From Chrysomallon squamiferum (lineage: Eukaryota; Animalia; Mollusca): a stretch of DNA of 64,000 bases. Shown piece by piece: positions 1 through 14,684 of the stretch. The DNA lies in contig CM022678.1 of the NCBI GenBank assembly GCA_012295275.1, positions 16,306,001 to 16,370,000 on the forward strand. The letters are read 5' to 3'. The translations under genes and the position numbers were made by a program. The notes beneath the pieces were generated by a model. The model worked only from the letters and a program-made list of their open reading frames with translations, was not told the origin of the DNA and did not search any database. Numbering within the stretch: position 1 is the first letter of the stretch; every line of letters begins with the position of its first letter.

Positions 1-3000
1 ACAACAGATATTGCCACAGGAATTCCAGGAAGACTTACAGTCATGGGAACACCAGGAATTATAGGTGGCAGAATCCTCTCGTCAACATCTTCAGTACCTG
101 GCTTCTCTTCTGAATTTTTTTTGTCTTATTTTTGTTTTTGTTTCTATCTTTGCCTTTATCCTTTTTAACCTTCTTTGAACTGATATCCTCTTTCTTTTCT
201 TCAGGTGATCCTGTTTTAGAAGAATCTTTAGGAGTGTCTTCCTTTGCTTCAGGCATGTCCTTCTTAGACTCCTCTGTAGTTGCTTCTGAAGGTTCGTCTG
301 GTGGTGGTGCGGGAATGCTTTCAACAGAAGCATCAGCAGGGAATCCAAGACGAGGTGGAAGCAGGGGTGCTGCAAATGGGGGAGGAGGAGGTGGAGGTAT
401 TCCTTGAAATCTTAAAGCTACACCAGGTGGTGGTCTGATTTTTGTTTCTGGTGTAATGGGGTCATCTACTCCTGGAGGAGGGGGGTTTCCTGGACCCCAG
501 TGAGGTATTCTGATTGGAGGTGGTCGAACCGCTGTTGATGAATAAGCTTCAGGTGCGGGTGGTCGAACACCTGGTGGACCTACCGAAGTTGGAGAATTAA
601 CCATCGGCTGTGGTCCTCGTAAGCGATCATCTTTATCCAGTGGAAGAGAAGAACTCAGCTTAATGCGTTCATCAATGTCTTCAATAGTCTGTTGTGTGCG
701 CAGATCTACATCTTCTGGAACAGATTTTGTCACGTCGGGAACTTGGCCTGATCGCATATCAAGATCACTTTTTGAAAGTTCTATCTGCTTATCTTTTGAC
801 TTTTTATTCACCTCATCTTTTTTGGAGTCATCTACTGACTTTTCCTTTGCACTGACAGAACTGTCTCCATCAGTACTGTTCTTGACAAGTTTCATGAACA
901 GGTGAGGACTGCCTGAATAATCATCATCGCTGTCTGTATCGAGGTAACCCAATCCAGGGATAAGATTCTGTATGTCAGCTTTCTTATCTTTTCTTTCAGG
1001 ATCACCAAACAGTTTCAATTCATTTTCCTTCTGACTGTTTGATGCTTTATTTTCATCTGTATTTTCCTCTCTGCTGCCTTGGGAATCTTTTCCTTTGTCG
1101 GACACAGCAAAGCGAGCTGGAAGTCTTGGCTTCTGAAGTCTTACTGACGATTCTCCCATAACATCTTTCATCAGGGCCTGCAAAGCCAGTGGCATGTCAC
1201 CAGTTTTCGTTTCAGAGATAGATATAGGAATACTTTTAGCTGAAGATTCACTTGTTGTGGCCATCTCGTTGTTTTTCACTGTCGCTGTTTCTGATGACTG
1301 AATGTTTGCAGAAGATTGTTTAGCATCTGCTTCAACAACATCTGAACTAGATGTTGTGGCCTCAGTTGTTACTACTTTACTTTCAACAGATTCTTTGGCT
1401 TTTTCAGATTTATGTCCAGCGTCTTCTCTAATATGTTTCTTGACAATCTCAATTGATTTCTTTGGGCTAGTGCTTCTGAAATGACTTGTGCTAGGTTCTG
1501 CACTGTTATTTTTATAAAACCCTACAGGAGTGGTCATTTCAGAATGAATAGGCCTATATCTCTCCAACTCTCCAAATTTGGTTGGGTCAGACTTTCCTGC
1601 TTTAGGCAGTGAAAAAGAAACAGTTTTTATTTCAGTTGAAGGTTTTTCCACATCTGACTTGGTCTCTGACTTTTCTTTTTCACCAACTTTCAGTTTATTT
1701 TCCACAGAAAATTTTGCTTCTATTCCCAGTGTCTGTTTTATCAGGTCCTGTTTCCGTTTCTCTACTCTGTTTGTGAGCTCTGTAAGCAGAACCTTCTGCT
1801 CTGTAGCATCTGTCGCACATGCTAGAATAGTCACCATCATTGCAGTAATCTGTGCTGGATCTGTACTTTTTGCGATCTTGTCGACAATTTCATCAACTTT
1901 GATACCGGTTATGGCTTCAGTATCATCCAATTGTTTCAGCTTCTTTTTTGTTGATGGTGATGACAGTTGCTTCATGCTCTGTGTAACTGTTGATGTTGTC
2001 AATGATGATGATGTCCCTGAAGAAACTGAAGTTGATGTAACTGCAGGTTGTGATGACATTGCTAAGATTTTGTGGTCTCCTGGATCATAAGGTGGATCAT
2101 CATCATCATCATCATCTTCGACACCACCTCCAGGAGAATATGGCAATGAAACTGAAACAGAGATGATTATTATTATTTTTTTTTTTTTAACTGTTTATTT
2201 ATTGTCAACAGATGAACCACATTCAAACTATGAATTCAATAGAATTAAAACATTATTTTTAAAGACAAAATAAAAGGAAGACTATCATGAAAAAATTATT
2301 CTTAAGAACAAAATTCCATTGGGCTCAATCACATGAAATATGTTTGCAATTCATGTAAGATGTTTATGACATAATGGAGATTTCATACTTTTCTGCTATT
2401 TGTGTAATAACAAAGACATAAATTAATTAAATGAAAATTACTGAGTCAAACCAGAAGCTATTTAACAAGTGGTTAATCTAACTGGACTTATTAACCAAAA
2501 GCACACATTTCTATAAGATTAATAAAGTAAGGAGAAATTAATTTTTTATTTATTTTTCACTCACTTGAAAGTCTAGGACTAGCATCTGCAGTCTTTGGAT
2601 CAGTAAAAGCTTTCACTATAGGGTCTTTGCTGATCGATCCCAGTTCTGGCGATGATGATGTTGATGATGACGACGATGATGCTTTTAGCTCTTCTAACTT
2701 GGTAGGTTTGTACCTTATGACTGCAGGATCAGTGGGTGATGGGACACTCTTCCCACGATTGGATCTTGGATCTAGTCTCGGATCTTTTGGTGGTAACACA
2801 GAGGTCTGGACTTTGGCTTTTTTAGCTGTTGAAGCTTCTTCTTTCAGCTTTGGTAAAACACTGGCCTCACTCTGACTAGCTCTCTTCAGCTTCTGACGAA
2901 TGATAATACCCAATAGCATGTGTGGTCTGTTGTCTTCTAAACCTGCAACAGAATAATGTATCTCTTCTTTATACAGCTCCAGTTGTCTATTCCCTGACTG

Positions 3001-5199
3001 TATCAGTTTTAACAATACTTTTTTTTGGTTGTTTTTTTATGACTGATAATCTATTTTATGATATTTTCAGTTCGCATCAGTTTTAAATGTAACAGTAGCA
3101 TAGTAATTGTCATAACTGAGTTCAGTGTAGTTGTAATGGTGGAGGTGACAGCACCAGTTTAGTGGAAGAAGTTGAAATGGTACGGGTTAGTAGCAGTAGC
3201 AACTTAGTGTGGTATTAGAAAAGTAAACAAGTTACCAATTTACATTGTGTTATAAAATATAATTTATTATTTTTTTTTTTTAATTCTTTAATTTTTATGT
3301 CACTTTTCACATATTTAAAGTAGAGTTTTGATAGATTTGACACACACACACACATGTATGTCCATATCTTTTTATATTTTAGTTTATTAGTTTACACTGT
3401 AAAGCATCACTGAACTTACTTAGTATGGAATGAATACAAAAATATACTGGCTAGTGGGTACCAAACAAAGGAAACTACTTAGCACGGAAAAGGTGCTATA
3501 TAAATATGGCATAATGATAATAATAATAATAACAACAACAGCAGCAACTACAACAACAACAATAATAATAATTACCTGGCCCATCAAATGGTTTTAGGAC
3601 TCTGGGAATGTGACCATGTGATGCCAGAGGTACAATATAAAAATCTTTAACATGTTTAGGTGCATTTCCGACCACACCACAGCGACCTCTGCTGTTCAGG
3701 TACGAATACAGATGAATGTATGCCACTTTCTCATCATCACTCCCAGGAATAAATCGGATGATACAAATATCCTGAAAATGAAATTTTAAAATACAGAAAT
3801 TTTTAATAACTGATTATGATGATTAAAAAGAAAACAGAAGTATATAAAAAAAAAAAAAATAGAAAACAGAAAAAAAAAAGAAAAAAAGTTTTATAACATC
3901 TAAAGTCATTATTTGTTAATAAATATATATATATATATAAAATATTTAATTTATTCTGCTTTTTAATGTTTCAGTTGAGAGAAAATTTACATAAATGAAT
4001 TTCTATTTTGATTTAATATTCTGAAAATGTTAGCAATACTGTAATAGTCACAATTATCATTATTAACGGGTATCATCTACATCTTCTATTATTATGTTTT
4101 TGTCATTAGATAGCCATTCTTATCTTGGTTGTAAGATCATTTCAAGATAACAATGATAATAATAATAATAAACAGACTGAGAGAGAGACAGACACACACA
4201 GACACACAAACAGAGAGAGAGAGAGAGAGAGAGAACGAGAACTTAATTTATAAATAAAACTATCTTCAAATAAAAACAGTACTGATTTATTAAAGAGAAC
4301 TCACCCTCGAACCTCCTTGTCTTATTTTTGCCAAGTAATCCCACATCTGGTCAGGGGCTATGCGTCCACATACAGCAACTGTGTCAGGAAGATTCTGAAC
4401 AGAACAAAACAAAAATAATTACAATCAAAGAAAGGATTAATAAAATAATTAACTAAATAAGCATATGAAATATTATCAAACCAAAGAATCTTTTTTAAAT
4501 CTGATTAATTTGATTCTTAACCATTTCTTATTGATAGAGATCATTTTAAAATGTGTGTTCTTACAAACAGCTTAAAAAGATTAACTAAAATTTTAAGGGA
4601 GTTTTTTTTGTAATTTGTTCAAGACTAATGCTTTTAAGTTACTGTTTTAATCTGTTCTAGAAAATTATGAATGAATGAATGTTTAACAACATTCAAGCAT
4701 GAAAAACAGATTGAAGATAACCTAGTAATAAACTATTGGAAAAAATAAAAATATGACAAGACCAAGAAGATATATTAAACCAACAATATTCACTTCCCCT
4801 AACTTTATGAAATTAATCTAATAATAATAAGGAATATTTCCTCTTGAATGAATATCTGTAGTGACTGCTAAGCAGTCTTTAATCTAATTTTTCCTGAACC
4901 ACATAAGACATTTAATACCCATAATACCCCACAGACCATAATACCCACACAGGTAAAGAGTTAAATCAGTTTTAAAACAAAACGTAATACTTTATTTCCA
5001 TTGTTAGGTGAGAGACAATTTTCAACAGGGTACACACCAAATCATTTGTTGGTCCAGAGACTTTGTAAGCTGAGGTGAAAAACTTGGCGAGATCCTGCAT
5101 GGCAATAAAACCTTTCCACAGTCTCGGTCCTTGAGGTTTGAACTTTGGCTTCGAATCTAAACCAGATGACAAAGCTGAATCTGGAGACCTAGTGATAAG

Positions 5200-5232
<33 letters not shown>

Positions 5233-8200
5233 GATGATAATGATAATTATAATAATAATAATTTGGTAATAACAGTTATGATGATGACGATAACAATATA
5301 AATAATGATAATAGTAATAATGATGATGATGCTCATCATCATCACCATGTTGGTGATACAGACGATAATGATGAAGATGATTATGAGCGTCATGAAATTA
5401 TACCAAATCCTAGAAACATTTAGAAAAAAGAATTATTCTGTTTACCACTAACATTAATAATCTATTGACATACAGTACTGTATTACTAAAGTTCACACAA
5501 CTGAGCTTTCACATGCACAGACAAGAATACACTGTCCCAGAGGGACACTTGCTGTGAATTCACTAAAGATAATTAATTACACAGGGAAAAAGATAATTAA
5601 ACCACTAATAAAAAAAAAAAATTAATATACACTAAAATATTTTAACACGAATTCAGCTCACCTGACAATGACTGCAGCCTCGTTTGAGCTGCTTGGTTGT
5701 GACTGTGAAGGTTTTGGTTTTTCATCTTCTTTGTGAATCACATCCATCACCTCCTTGATCATCTCCTCTGTCTCAGCTTCCAGGTCTTGCTTGGCACTCT
5801 CCTTCTCTTTCTTCACCTCCTTGCTTTCCTGTAAACACACGAAAAATCAGCCTGAGTTCTTTCTATTACCTAGTGCAACGTTTTGGGAGGGAAATTATCT
5901 AAAATATTTCTCTTGTGAAAAAATATTTTACAAAGTTTCTTATTTGAGCTCAAACAAAAAGTTTGAAAAATAAAACTGGATAAAATCTGACTGACGAAAA
6001 ATAATCATATTCATTCTTAAAAGAAATCTCAAGTCACAACTGCAATAAAATGATATGGTTATTTTAAAAAGAAGCACTACTCTAGAAAGGAAAACATTAA
6101 CAATGTTTTAAAGCAGACAGGAGTGCATTCAAGAACTTCTTATGTCCTTAATAAAGTAATGCAGACTCAAGATAAAGACACTCCAAATACAAACAGAACT
6201 GCTGTTTGGTTTTTATTGCATCTACGAGTACATTCAAGAACATCTAACTATTTTATTAATGCTTTAAATTTATATTTAAAAATTTAAAGGAAATAAAATC
6301 CTACTTTGACTTTGTGCTCCACTTTCATTTTCTTTGTCTCTGGTTCTTGAGGTGCAGGAGCCTGTTTGCCTGTACAGATTTTACAGTTCAAATCAAACAA
6401 GTGAGCTCGATGCTGATCTGTTGTGTCAACAATTACTTCCGGAACATTCTCATCAGCATCACCTTCGTTTCCGTCTTCTTTTTTCGTGTCATCAGTGGAG
6501 CTCGGAACTGACGGTTTTTCTTCAAGTAAAGTCTAAAGGAAAAAAAACAGATAAAATAAAATAACAAAAGATTCAGGAATATTATTAGAATAAGTAAAAT
6601 GTTCAAGGAAAGTTGTTGAATATTTTATTCTTAAGATAAAGTATCTGATGACTGTTAGAGAAAACAGGGCTGTAACCTTCAGATTAATCTATTTATACAC
6701 ACTGCATTAAACATATTAAATTCCAAAAGATTTCCATGACACACAACAATGTTTTCAAATCACAAAAAACTATATTACTTTTATTTCAATGCATGGTTTT
6801 ATTGTATCTTCATATATTTGGTTAAGGATCACAGGTACTTTTTATACATCTCTTTCTTGTGTGTGTGTGTTTATGCATTGAATTTCAGATTTATATCCTT
6901 TACTTTATGTGTCTACCCATATATATATATATTATTTGGAATAAATCAGATTAAACTACACATATAAACTAACTACCTCTGCTAATGAGCTGAGATCCTC
7001 ATCCAGTTCAATCTCGCCTTTGTGAGTTTTTTTTCTGATCACCACTGGCTCCTTCTGGGCTTTCTTCTCTGCTGTCTCTATCAACTCCAGTGTCTGAAAG
7101 AATAAAACAAAACATCTATATCAACTCCAGTGTCTGAAAAACAAAAAATAAAACATCTCTATCAACTCCAGTGTCTGAAATACAAAAAATAAAACATCTT
7201 TATCAAATCCAGGGTCTAAAATTATAAACAAAACCTCTCTATCAATTCCAGTGTCTGAAATATAAAAAAAACACAACATCTATATCATCTCTAGCCTGAA
7301 TGTATAAAAAATATGACAAATGTTGATGAACTATAGAGCCTTATTTCTTCTAATTCCTAAAGCCTACCAAATACTGCATAATATTTGACAAAATAAAAAG
7401 AAAGCTAAAATTATTAAAATATGTGTCAATGAACACCTGTTTGTACGTATGTTAAAAAGTTAACTGAAGTTTGAAACTGTCACATCAAATATGTTAAAAC
7501 CAGTGATATATCTAAATAAAAAATAATTATTCAACAGATTAAAAAAAGAAGAGAAAAACAGAACACCACAAAATCTGTGATTTTGCATTAAACAGGCATT
7601 CTGATTTTATATTATTTATGAAAATATCACAAACATTTAACTTTTAAATTAACCATTTAAAAATAGCATTAAATAATATTCTACAATATCAATTTTATAT
7701 GAACTTAAACTTTAATATGGTAAACTGTAATGCCTGTACTAGCAATACTGTTTATTACTACAAAAACGCTTGAACACTGATTTAATTATTTTTCTTGTTT
7801 TACCACACTATCAGCCAACATTCAAATGAAAGAATTGCAAATGCATAAAAATTACTTAACTGTCCAAGATCACTGAATAAACCATGTTTCATTTTGTTTC
7901 TTAATTCATGAATTAAAAATTATATTTTCTATCTGTTATCAAAATTTAGATGAAAACAGTACTACATGGCAATATGTTGGTACCTTTGATATTATCACAT
8001 TGCTGCAATTAACTGATTGCATGTTGGTAGCTGTTCAGTGTTATATAATTCTATAAATTAATAAACCAATCCCCTCCAATGTCCTCATGTTTTTATACCA
8101 TAAAGCAAAAAAATGATATCCTTAATTTCAATGATTTCAAAATAAATGTCTATCTCTCAATTCTCTGAGAAAAAGTAAGTGACAAGATAGAGATGCAAAT

Positions 8201-11200
8201 AGACCAACAGTTAGCACAGAGGTTTGACAGTATGTAAACAAAATGTATATATATATTTATATACCATATTCATTATTTTTTACAGTTATCAGTATTTTTA
8301 ATTTAAAATAAAATAAGCTTTATGGTAAGTCATCTGCATTTACTATTAGAAAAAATATTGTAAAAATGTCAAATCAGTATTTTTATGTGAACATCCATTA
8401 ACAGGGAAGCAGTATTGAAATGTTTAGCAAAAATTTTAAATGATTTCAGTCATAACTAATTAGAAGTTATTTTTAATAATAAATAAATTAAAAAATACAT
8501 ATATATATACATATTTTTAAATTATAAATAGGTTTTAATTATTTATGACTGACATCATTTTAAATTATCATCTATGCTATCATGTATCATATTTACCTGA
8601 ACTATATATTTTTATTTATTTAGAAAATAAAAGTCTGTCAAAAATGTATAGAAAATAACAAATAACTATCCATTATGGATAAAAATGTATTAAAACATGT
8701 TACTGCCATTAAACCACCCCCTCACTAATAAAGAAGTTTTAACAAAACTGCTAACTGTCAATCCATACAAGTGTATATTTTATGATTAAGATGTTAAACG
8801 TTACTTTAGAAAATTAATTAGCAATATATAACCTACCACTAGCAATTCTAATATGATAAAAGAGAACATAATATAATAAAGACAAATCATAAAAATATCA
8901 TTTGATTGCCAGTTCTAAACACTACACAGATAACTGTACTAAAACAAGGACAGTCATTTTTAAAAATTATTTTTAAAATTGCATTTGATTGCCATATCCT
9001 TAAACTGCATATAATTATATTAAAAAGTGTTCTTATAATATAAGCTTTATCAATTACTAATTTTACCTGGTTTAGAGAATATTATTTAATTAATATTATT
9101 AGAAAAATTTCATTTTAAATTTCAAATTTAATTAAAATCTTACATGTTTGGTTTCTTTCTCGCGCCACTGTGCCAGTTCCTTTGAAGCCAAATCATCATG
9201 TGTCATGTGAATCAGTTTGTTTGGTTTTATCTGTCCTGTGAGGATCTTCCGAAACAAACCCTGAAACAAGAATTTTTTCATTAATTACTGTCCTAATACT
9301 GTCAACATCACTATAAGTTGTCAGTGAAGTTTGATGTTATAATGACTTTTAATTATAATTTATTTTATCAACCATTTATTATTTATGATGATATTTAACT
9401 ATAATTTACACCATAAACAATTTTTTTTTTTTAATAATGATTTTTAACTAAAATTTATCCCATGAACAATTTTATATTTATAATGAACTTCAATTATAAT
9501 TTATTTTATCAACCATTTATTATTTATGATGATCTTTAACTAAAAATTTATCCCATGAACAATTTTATATTTATACCAAACTTTAATTATAATTTATTTT
9601 ATCAACAATTTATTATTTATTTTATCAATAATTTATTATTTATAATAAACTTTAATTATAATTTATTTTATGGATCATAATTTTATTTACCTTATTCTTG
9701 GGGTCTCGGATGTTGAAGACCAGGGTACGATATTTATTTTTATATTTGTGTCCTGTGTCCTCAAAATAATTAAACAAAGCCTCTTCAATCTTCAGTGCCA
9801 AAGCCTTAATCTCATTTGTTGAGTACATCATATCATCAGCATCTTTTGTTCTGTAATTTTGTCATCAGATATTTGTTATTTTCAAAAATCCATGTTATTT
9901 AATTGTTGTGTTGGTAATTCTATACAGTCTCATAATAATAGGCAAATGTAAATAGCTAGAAAATAAATTTATTTTTAAATATTAATACTGATCATGGAGT
10001 TAATAACAAAAAGAAGAAAATAATAATAATACAAAAGATATAAAACAAAACCTTGCAGGAAAAAACACAATTAACCTCCGATATAAAATTATTTCTTTCA
10101 TTGTTAGAATTATTAAATAATTAACATCAAGTTAACACATCGATGAAATGTTCTATGGTAAGCTATTTAGTTACAAAGACTGAAAAAATGTAACAGACAT
10201 ACCGATTGGCTAAAGCATCTCTAAGAGATTTTCTGACATTCAGTCTGATTGGATCAGGTCCTTCTGCTCCTTTACTTTTCTGTTCTGATTCCCTTCTTAA
10301 CTTCTCAGCTTTCTCTCTCTCCTTTTCCTTCTCCCATTCTCTTTTCCTTCTGAGCCTTTCCCTTTCTTTCTCTCTCTCTCTCCTCCTCATTTCTTCTTTC
10401 TGTTTTTCTCTCTCTTTCCTTTCTTTTTCTGTAAGATACAATAAATTATTACAAATTATACAATTTATTAACAAATTGTTTAGATCTAAATTACTGCACG
10501 AAATGTTTTTCCTTTGATTTAAATAACAGTCTTGGTATGTGTATTCTTGCATATGGGTAGAATATGAATTATATCTAATTGATTTTATTTTCGTTGTAAT
10601 AGAAGCACATTTCCATGGGATTTTTATTTATATAAACCTTAAAATAGCAATGAAACAAATATTTATTAATATAAAATTAAATGAATTACAAATATCTTGT
10701 TTACGAAAAAAAAAAAACCCGACCATTTCAATGACAGATGCAAATCATTTGAAAAAGAATTAAAATAATTCCAAAAAACAATACGTACGTAATTTCAGCA
10801 GGTAAGGGCTTGGCAACTTCATCTTGACCTTTGGCCTAATGACTTGAAAGGTCGGATGATCTTTGAGCCAAGCTTCAAGATTTGCTTCCGTGGGAGCCTC
10901 ACTTCCAGACAAAAGTCGACCAGATTTTCTTTCCAGCACATGCAACTTGATTGGACGTTTTAAATTGTCCAGGTCTAAACCCTGAAATATTTAAGAATAA
11001 TTAGCTCTGAGATTGTAAGAAAAACAGAATTAATAAATTTACAAATTAACCACTGTTTTATAATTTTCTAATAAATAGCACACAGAGATGGAGAAACATT
11101 TATAAAAAAGAAAAATACACTTACACGAAAATGCATTCACAAATCAAAGGTCTAACACTTGTTAAAACATATAAATCAGGAAATGATTTTGATTACACAG

Positions 11201-14200
11201 CTCTTTGTTGTTTTAAAACAAAACCTTCTTTCCAAAGTATTTATTTTATTTCTGTATGACCTACAATAATACACTTCAAACACATCACAAATTAAATCTT
11301 AGATTACATAAAACCCTGACATTTATCAGCAGACTTTGTGCCAATTCAACTGAGTAAAAACAAAAATAATCAAATTGTTTATAATCTTGAATTGATTAAC
11401 TATCAAAATAAATTACTAACATTAAAAGTTTACTGGTATAACTTGCCACTAAAAAACAGATAAAACTAATTTACAAAAATAAAAAACAATAACAAAATAA
11501 AATGTTAAATGAAAGATAATAAACAAATAATTGATTGTTTTACACTCTAATAAAATATGTGAAACTGTATCATATTTCATTTAATTGTGGTTGATAAAAC
11601 ACAATTGTTACAACTAATTGATAAAAAGAGAATATACCACAAATGTGTACAAATCAATACAAATTGGCATAATTTTAAACCACATTACCCAGCCATTCTA
11701 TAAAACTTTTTTCAATAAATAAAAGAAGTAAAACTAATTTTTTATATCTATTATTACTTCTTTTAACTTGTGATCATTTTAACTCAATGATATGAGCAAA
11801 AAATTGGAAGATCACAGTATTTTTAATGTGAAATTCAGGGACAATATTTAGATATTTATACATAGATTTATTCAGAATGCATGTTAAAAAGCCATTCAGT
11901 TCAATCCTGTGAATAAGATACATAAACAAGGTGCTGTCTGTCAACTTAGTGTGGCACCAAGCAAGAAATCTCTCACACTGGTCTTATCTAAAGAATTAAC
12001 TATCACTTACTTTGCTAACAGCAATCATTTCTCTGTCTTGTTTGATGAGTTTGAGAGAGTGCTCGGCATGCTGGGAAATGCACTCATCACTACAGTAAAT
12101 AGTGCCTGGACGGACGTCCTTCGAACATTCCTTACGAATGCATTTCTGTTGTTCTTTCAAGAGTTTGTCATCCATGTTCTAAAAAGAAAGAAATATCTAA
12201 TTTTTAAAAAGGGGTCAGGTTTCATATATTAATCAGGGCATTTACTAAGCAAAAGATAACTGAACAAAGTGTCTTTTGTGTCATAATATAAGACTCTTTC
12301 AGATGGTGTCTGAGTAATATGCAGACATTAATTTGTTGTTTAATTATTATTGGTGATATATTATGAATATTAACATGTTCAGTTACTAATGTTAATGGTT
12401 TCACACACACAATCACACAGTAAGAAGACAGGCATCTTCAAAATATATATTACTTCTTAAAGGCAGTAAATTTAAAATTTTCACAAGTACTGTTATTTAA
12501 AAGGAATTTTTTATTTTTTTATTTCTGATAAGTAAATATAATTCTTACTCGGAAAGCTTTAAATCCTTGTTTTTTCTTCTCTTCAGTTTCTTTGGCACTT
12601 CTCTTCTTGATTTCTCCCAGCACTTCACCTTCTTTTGTGGGTGTCACAGTTGTGCTTGAAACCTTGGAGGCAGATGCCGGAGTGACCTTCAACTCTGCTT
12701 TTACACTTTCTGCAGCTTTCACTGGAGTTTTTACAGATTCAGCTTCACTTGTTTGTATGGAATCAGTCTATGACAAATAAATAAATAAATAAGATTACTA
12801 GATAAATAAAGATTATATATTTTTATTTTCAAATCTTCTAAACATACACTGTATGTCTCAGCTTGATAAAACAAAACAAGTATTATTTCACACTAAATGA
12901 CAGCACAAGAAAGTATTTATACAAGCTTAGCACCAATAAGGCCAATATTTCATATTCCAGGGAGGGCATATATTTTTCTTCAGAGTTTATAAGTACAGAC
13001 AAGGCAAATGTATTACTTTCATAATTTTGGTACATGTAAGACAAAAAGTCCATAGCATTAGTACAAAGAAAACATTTTACCCATTTAACTTTAGTACACA
13101 ATTAAACTATCTGAGATAAAAATATTCCACAGATTCCATTCCTACACAAAGATTTGTACAGCTTAAGACAAAAATTTACATAGCTTCAGTATAGGCAAAT
13201 GTGTTACCATCACAGCTTTAGAACAGTCAAATATAATTTTATATAATAATACTGATCTTGGATTGAAATAATAAAAATAAAGAAATAAAGAAATAAAACA
13301 AATAAAAAGATTCAAACAAAACAGTAATACTTATGACACCTTAGTACAAACAAATATATTACTGTCATAGCTTTATATAGACAAATATATATTACCACCA
13401 TAGCTTTTGTACACATATATATATATATATATATAAACATCATAGCTTTATTACAGACAAATATATTACTGACATAGCTTTACTTCAGACAAATGTATTA
13501 CTGACATAGTAATAATACATACAAAAGTATTACAGATGTAACCTTAATATCGACAAATATATTACCACTATAGCTTTAGTGTAAATGTATTACCATTATA
13601 GCTTTAGTACAGATGGATGTATTACCATTAAAACTTTAGTACAGATAAATGTATTACTGTAATAGCTTTAATATAGATAAATGTATTACTGTCAAAGTGT
13701 TAGTAAGACAAATATGTTACCGTACAGCTTTAGCACAGACAAATGTCAGAGGTTTAATGCAGACATACATATAACTGTCTTAGCTTTAGTACAAACAAAG
13801 GTATTACCGTCATAGCTTTAGTACAGACAGGACAAACATATTCCTCGTTGTTTTTTTCCATGTCCTTTCCTCTGTTCTTGGATATCCCTACACAACTTCC
13901 ATGGTACCATTCTTCACAGTTATCACAGCAGATCATAAATCTGAAATTTAATTTAGTTTAGAATCCTAGTTCAGCATAATATATTTATATTCAATTACAA
14001 TGCATATAGATATAATAGATAAATAAATAAATAAATAATAGTATAATTAATGCAATGTCAAACAGTTGGCATTCAAAACAAGTTATATTTTCACCAAGGG
14101 ATTTTGTACGTCTTTAATTTTGGAATTTTGAAAGATTTCGCCAAGAAGAAAGCTTCAATAAAGTAAGACAAACAAAAATAAATATATTTTAAGCATGCTG

Positions 14201-14646
14201 CATGGAAAAAGTTTTGAGATTGAAATTACATCACGATATATTACACATTAAAAGTTAACCTCAGCATCTTTCCACAGATGGAAAAAGCACAAAACAATGG
14301 CCTTTTGTAACATGTTAAGTGTCAAGTCCTACAAACAAGATGAATAAAAGATGTAAAAATGTTTTATTATTATATACCTGTTATTGTGTGGCTTGCGACA
14401 AATGCAGTATAATGTGTCTGGATCATTTCTAGGTTCCCAATCAGAATCATTTTCATCATCTTCAAAACTCAGTTCTCCACTCTCATCTGAAAGAAATACA
14501 TTTCAAAATGATTTACCACCTAGCTACTGTAATCAAATAATAACAAATATTCCAGAGCCAAACTTAATAAAGCATAGATATAAATTCAACATGTAGATTA
14601 AAAAAAAAAATATGTTAGACAAACATGACAGAATATAGATATAATC

Positions 14647-14684
<38 letters not shown>

